DNA of 28,116 nucleotides from Saprolegnia diclina VS20. Lineage: Eukaryota. Below the pieces are notes generated by a model, which did no database searches, was not told the DNA's origin, and saw only the letters and a program-made list of their open reading frames with translations. A program made the translations under genes and the position numbers. The stretch spans positions 489,793-517,908 of the forward strand of contig NW_008246086.1 of assembly GCF_000281045.1 (NCBI RefSeq), in the 5' to 3' direction. Shown one piece after another: positions 11,398 through 20,352 of the stretch (position 1 is the stretch's first letter; each line of letters starts with the position of its first letter).

Positions 11398-12240
11398 GCT
11401 CCTGGCCCCGAAAACAACCCAACAAGCGCGACTCCCAGGCCAAGGGCCGGCCCGAAACGACTCTGTGAAACTGTAGCAGTAGTATGATTGGCTAGAAAAA
11501 TAGTATTTTGGCCAATCATCGCGAGGTTGAAGTTGCTGGACCCATCCCAGCGTTTGCGCATCCAGCGGCGCGTCCATCAAATGGGGCCTCATCGTCGTCG
11601 ACGAGTCGACAACGACGGCCGCTGTCGCGCGAGGCTGCAACCGAAAGCGATACCAACGGCCATCGACCGCTACCTCTGGTGCGCACCTATCGGGCGTCAC
11701 CATCGCAGTGCTGACAGCATGCCATCGGGTCCTGTTGACAGCGAATGCCATGTGACATGGGTCAATGCTCCTCGCTCGACCTGCATGAGACGCCAAGCAC
11801 TAGCATGTTATAGCAGTATCTTCTCAATGACCCATGCATGTGACCAGCTCACGTGGTCGACGACGCCATGTACTTGCGATCCCGCTTTGCGCAGACGCCA
11901 CTGCGGTATGTAGCTGCGAGCGAGCACACTGTCATGGTCCATACCCGTGTGCTCGCCTCGCGGTTCGTGACGCCTTGCGCCATGAACGTGTGACGCCATC
12001 GGCGGCGGCGTGCTGGTTGCTTGCTCGATACGCTGGCTCCAGCGGGCAGCTCGGCTAACATGCGTCGCTGGGCTCGCTCGTGCCCGTGCGCCATGGACCG
12101 TCGTTGGCCACCGGCACCTGGCAGCGTCGACCATCAGCACCTTGTTGACGGGCAGATGCAGAGCGATCGCCATCAGGTCGCGTCGTCGCTTCGCCGGCTT
12201 GGACCACAAAAAGTTTCCGATCCTGGATGATCCGCATAGT

Positions 12241-12287
12241 GTATCCGGACAAGGGATTTCGCAATCGGGTGGTCATTCGTGAAATTC
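12241..12287 (+). promoter_or_regulatory. Core promoter of LeuRS: GTATCCGG motif plus an Inr/FPR-like element TCATTCGTGAAATT
   Basis: TCATTC at 12273 followed by GTGAAATT just before the ATG at 12289, resembling the oomycete Inr+FPR consensus (YCAYTY-NN-CAWTTT). Confidence 0.5.
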
Positions 12288-12288
12288 C

Positions 12289-15200
12289 ATGGCCGACAAG
12301 GTGAGCACCAAGCTGAGCGCAATGGAGCTCGTGGACTCTGCGGAGAAGAAGTTTGGCCGGCGCAACCACCTGCGGGCGATCGAGGAAGAGGTGCAGAAGC
12401 GCTGGGAGGATGCCAAGGTCTTTGAGCGCAAGGTTGACCACTCGAAGAAGAAGTTCTTGGCGACGTTCCCGTTTCCGTACATGAATGGCATGATGCACAT
12501 TGGCCACGGCTTTACGATCACCAAGGCCGAGTTTGCGACGCGCTACCACCGCCTCAAGGGCGAGAACGCCATGTTCCCGTTCGGCTTCCACTGCACGGGT
12601 ATGCCGATCCAGGCGGCGGCCAACAAGCTCAAGGCCGAGCTCGACGAGTTTGGCTTCCCGCCGCAGTTCCCGGTCGACGCGCCGGAAACCGTGCCTGCGC
12701 CGTCGGCGGCGCCTGTCACGAACGAGTCCAAGGCCAAGGGCAAGAAGTCCAAGACGGTCGCCAAGACGGGCGGCCTTGTCCGCCAGTACGACATTCTCTC
12801 CAAGATGATCCCGGACCTCGAGCTCATCCCCAAGTTCAAGGACCCGAACTTTTGGCTCCAGTACTTCCCGCCGTACGGCCAGGAGCACTTGCGTCGCTTT
12901 GGCCTCGCCACGGACTGGCGCCGGTCGTTCATCACGACGGACGTCAACCCGTTCTACGATGCGTTCATCCGCTGGCAGCTCAACACGCTCAAGGAGCGGT
13001 CGCGCGTCAGCCGTGGCAAGCGTCCGAACGTCTACTCGCCGATCGACAAGCAGACGTGCGCGGACCACGATCGTCAATCGGGCGAAGGCGTCGGCCCGCA
13101 AGAGTACACGCTCGTGAAGCTCGAAGTGCAGGCGCCGCTGCCGGCCAAGCTCGCGTCGCTCTCGGCGTATAAGGTCTACCTCGCGCCCGCGACGCTCCGC
13201 CCGGAAACCATGTACGGCCAGACCAACTGCTTTGTCTTGCCGGACGGCGACTATGGTGCGTACCGCATCAACGAGACGGACGTCTTTATCATCAGCCGCC
13301 GCGCCGCGCGCAACCTCGCGCACCAAGAGTACTCGCGCGTATGGGGCAAGGAGGAGTGCCTCCTCGAGCTCAAGGGCTGGGACCTCCTCGGCCTGCCCCT
13401 CTCGGCGCCGCAGGCGACCTTCAAGACCGTCTACACGCTGCCGCTGCTCACGATCTCGATGGGCAAGGGTACCGGTGTCGTGACGTCGGTGCCGTCCGAC
13501 TCGCCCGACGACTACGCCGCGCTCCGCGACCTCAAGCAGAAGCCGGCGATGCGCGAAAAGTACCTCCTCGCCGACCACATGGTGCTGCCGTTCGAAGTCG
13601 TCCCGATCATCGACATCCCGGGCTACGGCGAGACGGCCGCCGTCAAGCTCTGCGAGGACCTCAAGATCCAGTCGCAGAACGACAAGGAGAAGCTCGCAAA
13701 GGCCAAGGAGATCTTGTACCTCAAGGGTTTCTACGAAGGCGTCATGCTTGTCGGTAGCCAAAAGGGCCAGAAGGTGTGCGACGCCAAGGCCGGCTGCCGC
13801 CAAGAGCTCTTTGACGCCAACCTCGCGATCCCGTACTGGGAACCCGAGTCGACGGTCATGTCGCGCACCGGTGACGAGTGCGTCGTCGCGCACCTCGACC
13901 AGTGGTACCTCCTGTACGGCACGGAAGATTGGAAGCAGCGTGTCTCGGCCCACATTGAGAACCCGGCGGCGTTTGAGACGTACAACCCGATCTCGCTCGG
14001 CGAGTACCGGTCGACGCTCGAGTGGCTCAAGGAGTGGGCGCCGTGCCGCCAGTTTGGTCTTGGCACAAAGTTGCCGTGGGACACGGAGTTTGTCATCGAG
14101 TCGCTCTCCGACTCGACAATCTACATGGCGTACTACACGATCGCGCACCACCTCCAGACGAGCGTCGACGGGTCGGTGGGCGGCCCGCACGGTATCACGG
14201 CCGCCGACTTGACCAAGGAAGTGTTTGACTTTATCTTCCTCAAGGGCCCGGCCCCGACGTCGTCCAAGATCCCGCTGTCTGTGTGGACCGAGCTCCAGAC
14301 AGAGTTTGAGTACTGGTACCCGGTCGACCTCCGCGTCTCGGGCAAGGACCTTATCCGCAACCACCTCACCATGTGCTTGTACAACCACGCCGAGATCTGG
14401 CGCGACGACCCGTCCAAGTGGCCGCGCTCGTTCTTCACCAACGGCCACGTCCAGGTCGATGCGCAAAAGATGTCTAAGTCGCTCGGCAACTTTCTCACGC
14501 TCGAGTACTGCTTCACCGAGTACGGCGCCGATGCAACGCGCTTTGCGTGCGCGGACGCCGGCGACTCGATGGACGATGCCAACTTTTCGCGCGACACGGC
14601 CAACATGGCGATCCTCCGCCTCACGACCGAGGAAGAGTGGATCAAGAAGACGATCGAAGAGAAGGCGACGCTCCGTGTCGGTGCGCTCAACTTCAACGAC
14701 CGCATGTTCCACGCGCAGATGGACGACATCATCACGCGGACGGCAGCGCACTTTGACGCGATGCAGTGGCGCGACGGCTTCCAGGCGAGCTTTTTCGAGC
14801 TCCAGATCGCGCGCGACTCGTACCGTGACGTGTGCACGCGCGGTGGCTTTGGCGTGCACAAGGACGTCGTCTTCCGCTTCATCGAAGCGCAGACGATCAT
14901 GCTCGCGCCGATTTGCCCGCACATTTGCGAGCATTTCTGGACGCTCTTCGGCAAGCCAGGCTTTGTCGCCGACGCGCTGTGGCCGACGGCGGCGCCGCTC
15001 GACTACAACCTCCTCCGCGCCGGCGATTTCTTGTCCAAGTCGCTCAAGCACTTTCGCGATGCGGTGCTCAAGGGCGCGGTCGCCAAGAAGGGCGCCAAGG
15101 CGCCCGTGGCCAAGCCGACGCACGCGCACGTGTACCTTGCGGAAGCCTTCCCGCTCTGGCAGCAGACGGTCCTGCGCTTCATGGCGACGCTCATCGACGG

Positions 15201-15525
15201 CAAGACGTTCCCGAAGGACTTTATGGGCCAACTCAAGACGCTCGTGTCCGGGGACGCCGAGCTCAAGAAGCTCACGAAGAACGTGATGCAGTTTGCGGCG
15301 TTCGTCAAGGCCGACGCCGAGCTGCGTGGCATCGATGCGCTCGAGCTCAAGATGCCTTTCGACCAAAAGGCTGTCCTTGAGACCAACAAGATGTACATTG
15401 TCAAGTCGCTCGAACTCGACGACATGAGCTTCCACTACGTCGACGGCGCCTCCAATATCGACGGCGCGGACGCCAAGAAGATGGAAGTCGCGGCCCCCGG
15501 CAAGCCCAGCATCTTCCTCTACTAA
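12289..15525 (+). CDS. LARS: Leucyl-tRNA synthetase, cytosolic (eukaryote/archaeal type)
   Basis: Intronless 1078-aa ORF with FPFPYMNGMMHIGH, FGFHCTGMPI, CADHDRQSGEG, editing-domain ATLRPETMYGQTN and KGTGVVTSVPSDSPDD, IESLSDSTIY, SGKDLI and KMSKSLGNF. Confidence 0.98.
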   Translation: MADKVSTKLSAMELVDSAEKKFGRRNHLRAIEEEVQKRWEDAKVFERKVDHSKKKFLATFPFPYMNGMMHIGHGFTITKAEFATRYHRLKGENAMFPFGFHCTGMPIQAAANKLKAELDEFGFPPQFPVDAPETVPAPSAAPVTNESKAKGKKSKTVAKTGGLVRQYDILSKMIPDLELIPKFKDPNFWLQYFPPYGQEHLRRFGLATDWRRSFITTDVNPFYDAFIRWQLNTLKERSRVSRGKRPNVYSPIDKQTCADHDRQSGEGVGPQEYTLVKLEVQAPLPAKLASLSAYKVYLAPATLRPETMYGQTNCFVLPDGDYGAYRINETDVFIISRRAARNLAHQEYSRVWGKEECLLELKGWDLLGLPLSAPQATFKTVYTLPLLTISMGKGTGVVTSVPSDSPDDYAALRDLKQKPAMREKYLLADHMVLPFEVVPIIDIPGYGETAAVKLCEDLKIQSQNDKEKLAKAKEILYLKGFYEGVMLVGSQKGQKVCDAKAGCRQELFDANLAIPYWEPESTVMSRTGDECVVAHLDQWYLLYGTEDWKQRVSAHIENPAAFETYNPISLGEYRSTLEWLKEWAPCRQFGLGTKLPWDTEFVIESLSDSTIYMAYYTIAHHLQTSVDGSVGGPHGITAADLTKEVFDFIFLKGPAPTSSKIPLSVWTELQTEFEYWYPVDLRVSGKDLIRNHLTMCLYNHAEIWRDDPSKWPRSFFTNGHVQVDAQKMSKSLGNFLTLEYCFTEYGADATRFACADAGDSMDDANFSRDTANMAILRLTTEEEWIKKTIEEKATLRVGALNFNDRMFHAQMDDIITRTAAHFDAMQWRDGFQASFFELQIARDSYRDVCTRGGFGVHKDVVFRFIEAQTIMLAPICPHICEHFWTLFGKPGFVADALWPTAAPLDYNLLRAGDFLSKSLKHFRDAVLKGAVAKKGAKAPVAKPTHAHVYLAEAFPLWQQTVLRFMATLIDGKTFPKDFMGQLKTLVSGDAELKKLTKNVMQFAAFVKADAELRGIDALELKMPFDQKAVLETNKMYIVKSLELDDMSFHYVDGASNIDGADAKKMEVAAPGKPSIFLY

Positions 15526-15726
15526 GCGACCTTCGGTGACCTTGGTCCTAATCACCAGCAAAAACTACATTTTTCACATTGAGATTGCTCTTTGAAGATA
15601 GCCGGGCCAGCGCCTCTTGACGACGTGCGCTGAGAGGAAACGCAGACGAGAGACGTTGGATACAGTGGATCGCCACTGGATAGCAGAGTTGGATCGTGGA
15701 TAGCTGACAGTTGGAGACAGACATCA

Positions 15727-16665
15727 CTACCAGAGACGCGGGACCAAGGTCGCGCGGTGGAGGGTCTTGGCCGCCGGGAACGTCGCTTGGTACCATGCAG
15801 CAGCGCGAGCAGCGCTAATGGCTTGGTTGACGGTGACCCAAGACGCAAGGGCGACGACGTTCACGTTGCGGCCGCTGGTGACGAGCACGAACGACGCGTA
15901 AATAAGAATCTCGGCCAAGTAGAGCGGACTCCACGTGTGATCAAACCAGTCGCCGAACGGGAGCCCGTACGCGCCTTGGTTCGTGCGCTTGAGGTTCGTC
16001 AGAAGGCCATTGCAGCGCATCTGGTGGGCGCTCGCATAGAGAAAGAGGCCAACGCCCGCGAGCATATAGCCGAAGTACGACGTCTCGTCGTCGCGCGCCG
16101 ACGCAGCCGGGTCCAAGACGACCGAGAGCGACACGAGAACGTAGTGCCCGACGCCAAGAAGACATGCTACGAGGCCATCAACGTCAGCGCGTGCATGGAC
16201 GACGTACCCGACGCGTGCATGGTAGACGCACCAAAGTCCGTCATGGCCCAGCTCTCCATCATGCGGCGGAAGAGGTGGCATTGCAGCACGAGCAGCACGA
16301 GCAGCGTCGAGCCATTGATGGTCGAGAGATGCGGCGGCAAGAAAGGCGATAGGGCCGTCGGCGGGTGCCACGCGCAGAGAAGAACGAGCCCGTTCCAGAG
16401 CCAACCGATCAGGTAGAAGACGCCAAAGTAGCCCTTCCACACCTACGCCATGAGCGTGAGCGAGGCCATTGGCGGGATACGGCGGGACCTGCCACGACGA
16501 AGCGGTGTTGGCGAAGCGGCCGTGCAGCGAGAGCGCATGCAACGGCGGGAGCACGAGGCTCGCGAGGGCCGTGGCACTCAGCGTGAACCAGATACCGCGC
16601 AAGATACTGCTGGCGACCGTGGGGTCCCGCCACGCGGCCGCGCCGAGCGTCATCATCGTGTCCAT
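15727..16665 (-). CDS. Polyprenol reductase / steroid 5-alpha-reductase 3 family (DFG10/SRD5A3-like) membrane protein, ~283 aa
   Basis: Introns 16443-16488 and 16167-16207; motifs LHGR, HLFRRMMES, LLGVGHY, HQMRCNGLL, YGLPFGDWF, SPLYLAEILIY and WYQATF; several hydrophobic helices. Confidence 0.85.
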   Translation of the reverse strand: MDTMMTLGAAAWRDPTVASSILRGIWFTLSATALASLVLPPLHALSLHGRFANTASSWQVPPYPANGLAHAHGVGVEGLLWRLLPDRLALERARSSLRVAPADGPIAFLAAASLDHQWLDAARAARAAMPPLPPHDGELGHDGLWCVYHARVGYVVHARADVDGLVACLLGVGHYVLVSLSVVLDPAASARDDETSYFGYMLAGVGLFLYASAHQMRCNGLLTNLKRTNQGAYGLPFGDWFDHTWSPLYLAEILIYASFVLVTSGRNVNVVALASWVTVNQAISAARAAAWYQATFPAAKTLHRATLVPRLW

Positions 16666-17521
16666 GGTCGTTGCCTTTCGAAAGGCCAAGTGGCTGCGTG
16701 TTGTGATTGGTGGACTGTATCCGGATAATCCGGATAACGCACAGGATACCACCGCCAACCCAGATTTTGATATCCATCGTCGACAACGTATCCAGCGCTC
16801 GGGCGAGATATGGTTTTGGTTCGTAAAATTTGGTCAACGAGACCGAAGTAGAGCCAACAACGGCTAAACTACAATTCGACTGGATATTGTACTGGATGTT
16901 TCAATATATATTGTAGAGCGTGAAAAACCACGCAAAACGATATGCTCACTCAACACGGGACATGGCTGTCTGGCAGTCGAGGCGACTAGAAAAGGCTGTT
17001 GGTAACGCTTTCCTGACGTCGTTGCCGCCGAAATGAAGCGACCTCCGTCATCGTGAAGCGAGTACCTGGGTGGGAAGGTACCATTCCCTCCACTGCCGAT
17101 TACCGAAAAGAGCCAAAACGTAGCTGCCGGGCGTCAACTTGGACTTCGTTTGCTCAAAATTGGCTCAAAATATATATTGGCGCCAAATATTTCAGCGCCA
17201 TGGGCCACGTGCCGTAGGACACTTGCGCGCGCTCGTTCTGAACACAGAGAGCTACGGCGGCGTCTGCCCCAGTAATCCTAGCGGGCGATGCCATGTGCCG
17301 ATGACAAAGATTTTGGCCGCCGCAATCATTGCTAATTCCTACTACGAGCGACGCAATTCCGTCGTATGCTACGTTTTAACGTAGGAATTAGGCTAATTCG
17401 TGGCACGCGCGTGACTCACACGGTGTGCGTAGAGCGGAGGCGCCGTATCCGGTCGTTGCCACGTTATCCGGTGGATTTGATGTGCAACACGGCCGCGCCT
17501 CACTCTACAACCAGCGCCAGT

Positions 17522-18223
17522 ATGACCAAGCCGACGACCGACCTCCACAAGCCCGAGATCATTGCGCCCGAGTGGCTGCACCCTGTCGTTGACCTCAGCG
17601 CTGTCATGGCCGACCCATGTAGCTACGAGAAGACGTCGATCAACATGCTGCTGGAGCGCATCAACGGCTACGGCCTCGGCGGCTGGCACGTGGGCCCGTC
17701 CAAGGACGGCATCCAGGTGCACCACGGTGACATCAAGAACTGCGAGTGGCCGGCGATGCGGACCACAGGCGTCGTTCACGCGTCACCAGAGCGTGTCGTC
17801 GCCATTCTCACCGACATTGGCGCGGCGCCGCAGCTCGACAAGTTTACCAAGTCGGCCAAGATCGTCGAGCAGCTGAGCCCGACCATGGAGCTCCGGTACT
17901 TCGAAACGATTGGCGTGCTCTTTGTCGCTCCGCGTGACTTTTGCTCGACGACGACCGTGCAGACACTGCATGACGGTCGCCTCGTCATTGCGTCCCGGTC
18001 CGTCACGACCGACAAGTGCCCCACCAAATCGGGCTACGTGCGCGCCCAAGCGCTGCTCTCGGGCTACATTGTGTCGCGCCGCGACGACGGCCATAGCGAC
18101 GTGACGATGTTTGCGAACGTGGACTTTGGCGGCTACATGCCGGGCCCGGTCATCAAGATGGTCGGACTCTCGGCGCCGATCAAGATCTTCCAGACGCTCC
18201 GCACGCTCGCAGCCGCTTCGTAG
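17522..18223 (+). CDS. START (lipid-binding) domain protein, ~233 aa
   Basis: GWH...KDGIQVH, VAPRDFC, VIASRSV...CPTKSGYVRA, GYIV and VDFGGYMP are typical START motifs. The start codon is uncertain (alternative ATG at 17480). Confidence 0.85.
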   Translation: MTKPTTDLHKPEIIAPEWLHPVVDLSAVMADPCSYEKTSINMLLERINGYGLGGWHVGPSKDGIQVHHGDIKNCEWPAMRTTGVVHASPERVVAILTDIGAAPQLDKFTKSAKIVEQLSPTMELRYFETIGVLFVAPRDFCSTTTVQTLHDGRLVIASRSVTTDKCPTKSGYVRAQALLSGYIVSRRDDGHSDVTMFANVDFGGYMPGPVIKMVGLSAPIKIFQTLRTLAAAS

Positions 18224-18414
18224 AGATGAATGAGTGTCGTAGGGTTGTGATAGAATAAGTATATAAAATGAATTGAAATTGTACTAGAGCCAAAGAGGAC
18301 CGTAACCAATCTTTTATGTTGTAGCTATACTGTGTGCAACGAAGACGCGAGGTCACACGACCAGCATCAATGACGAGACGAACATAGCGCCCCAAAAGTC
18401 GGTCGACGGACGCT

Positions 18415-18703
18415 ACTGCTGCAAAGACACTGCTGCAAAGACGATGCAGTCTACATCAGTCTACATGTCGTCACGGTCCGCGGGCCTTTGGCCCGCAACG
18501 GACGCCAAACTCTCGTCTTACGGACCAGCAAGAGTCTCGTCCACCTCGAGCTCTATTCTACCAATATCGGCCATACTGCACCTCGCGCCGCCGCCTGCGC
18601 AGCCACGGCCCGGTGGGCGACTGAAGAAGAAGAGCAGTCTCTACATATGCGACGTCTTTGTGATGAAGATAACGCGAAACACGTTTATATATCTACTGAT
18701 TAG
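18415..18703 (+). pseudogene. Possible decayed RNI-like leucine-rich-repeat gene fragment
   Basis: A short frame reads LRTSKSLVHLELYSTNIGHTAPRA, about one LxxLxLxxNxIG-like unit. It is preceded by tandem microduplications (actgctgcaaagac x2 at 18415-18442; cagtctacat x2 at 18447-18466) and has no clear start. Confidence 0.25.
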
Positions 18704-18876
18704 GCTTGACCTGTGAACACGCTACATCATTTTAGCAAATGCATGAGGACGACCTTCCTCACGCCTGTTTGAACAATAAGCCTCGGCTTCACAAGCCTCC
18801 ATGCTCGCGCGTAGAGCACCACACCCCACCGCACTGTGCATCCCAGAGGACAAACGCAGCTTTTATGTTAGTACTA

Positions 18877-19935
18877 CTACACAGTGATGGGCAACGTCAA
18901 CGACACCCACTCGGTCCGGGGCACGAAGAGGTCGAGGATACGCCCGAGGCCGTCGGCGTCCGCTCGCTGGAACCCGTTCTTGTGCGGACAGTCCAAGTCG
19001 AGGACACCGAGGACGACTCCGTTGTGCACGATCGGCAGCACAATCTCCGACTGCGACGCGTCATCACACGCAATGTGGCCCGGGAAGAGGTGCACATCCG
19101 GAATGCGCTACATCGCTCTCAGTCGCCACGTCGAGTTTGCGAGCCACCAGTACCTGGATCACGCGGGTCGAGGCAGCCGCGCCACACACGCCGCTGTGAA
19201 ACTTGATGCGCTTACACGCAGGCTTGCCCTGGAACGGTCCGAGCACGAGCAGCCGCGCGTCGAGGTCTGTCGGCGACGCACTCGGCGACGCACTCGTCGG
19301 TCGGTTAAAGTAGAAACCCGACCAGTTGATCGGGCGCCCGACAGCGTAAAACGCATGCCAGATCGCGGCGGCGACGTTGGCCGTGTTGGCGATAAAGTCG
19401 GACTCGCCCTTGGTGTACTTGTCGACGATGGCGTGCAGCGCGTCATAGTCGACGGCAGGCAGCGTGTCCGCCGGGTCGGTGACGCTCACGGCGCCGTTCC
19501 AGCCCACGTGGCGCACCACCTTTTTGGACGTCTAGTGCAGTAGTATCGTTAGAGACATGCTAACGTTAAAATGGGATCGCACCGCATCGTCGTCGGCCGC
19601 CTTGAAACCATCGAGCAGCTCGCCGTTGGCGTACACCTGCAAGTACGGGAGCTCGCCGACGCCAAGGTCCATGACGTCGTCGTCGTCCATGCCGTCGACG
19701 TTGGCATAATACGCTGCCTACGAAGCGAATAAGATTGCGCATGCGAGAGATGCGGGCGTACGATGTCGCTGCGGCCGGCGAGGAGCGCTTCGTTGGCCGC
19801 CACGACCTTCTTGGTCTTGACTGCGCACCACGATGCGCCAAAGAGCACGAGCACGGGCGTTTTGGCGGCAGCGATGGACGCGGCGACCGGCGCCCACTCG
19901 TCGACGGTCGTGAGGTAGCTGCTGTTGCCGGCCAT
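18877..19935 (-). CDS. Thioredoxin-fold domain fused to free methionine-R-sulfoxide reductase (GAF domain, fRMsr/MsrC-like), ~305 aa
   Basis: ATG at 19935 behind TCATTTT; introns 19718-19761, 19532-19582 and 19108-19153 give one frame. Trx part: PVLVLFGASWC...LGVGELPYLQVYANGELL. GAF part: NWSGFY, LGPFQGKPACKRI, GVCGAAA, DVHLFPGHIACDDASQSEIVLP, GVLDLD. Confidence 0.85.
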
Positions 19936-20352
19936 TTTGAAAATGACCGGATACGGGGCGGGACAGGCCGCAACAGATGGCAGTGTTACCGTGCCCACTG
20001 CGACGCGCACCACTTGGCACGAAACGAACGTTCGGGATTGATGCCTAGAATGACGTGGCAGCACCACCGCCGTCCATGGACGTCCCTGATCGTCGGATGA
20101 GATTGCACTTGACTGCCAGCCATGCCAGACTGGCGACGACACTGGGCTGCCAATACCGCAACAAGAACGACCTCGTCATCGTCGCCGCGTAGCATCAGCT
20201 GAAGTGTACCTCCAGACCCGATGCGACCGTGAGGACACGAGCCAGTGAGCTATACGCCGCGGCAACACGTCCCTTGTTGGCGGTCAAGCGGTTGCTCGCA
20301 GCGAAGGCACAGTACATTACGTCTATTTCATTGAATCTTGGTCTCTTAGCGT

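Noticed and set aside
11400..12240. Several 70-170 aa ORFs between the Ank-TOG gene and LeuRS
   Set aside because: No codon bias or motifs; the region looks like a divergent promoter with CCAAT boxes (about 11487 and 11512).
4717..15525. Rheb and LeuRS (both linked to TORC1 signalling) within 7 kb
   Set aside because: They are separated by an unrelated gene and share no visible organisation; chance proximity in a compact genome is sufficient.
12055..15561. 1168-aa antisense ORF opposite LeuRS
   Set aside because: It mirrors the sense codons; strong C/G-ending codon bias removes TTA/CTA/TCA and so removes antisense stops. No domain motifs.
19271..19296. 12-bp tandem repeat cggcgacgcact in the GAF exon
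   Set aside because: In-frame microduplication encoding a SASPSASP loop; no sign of wider significance.
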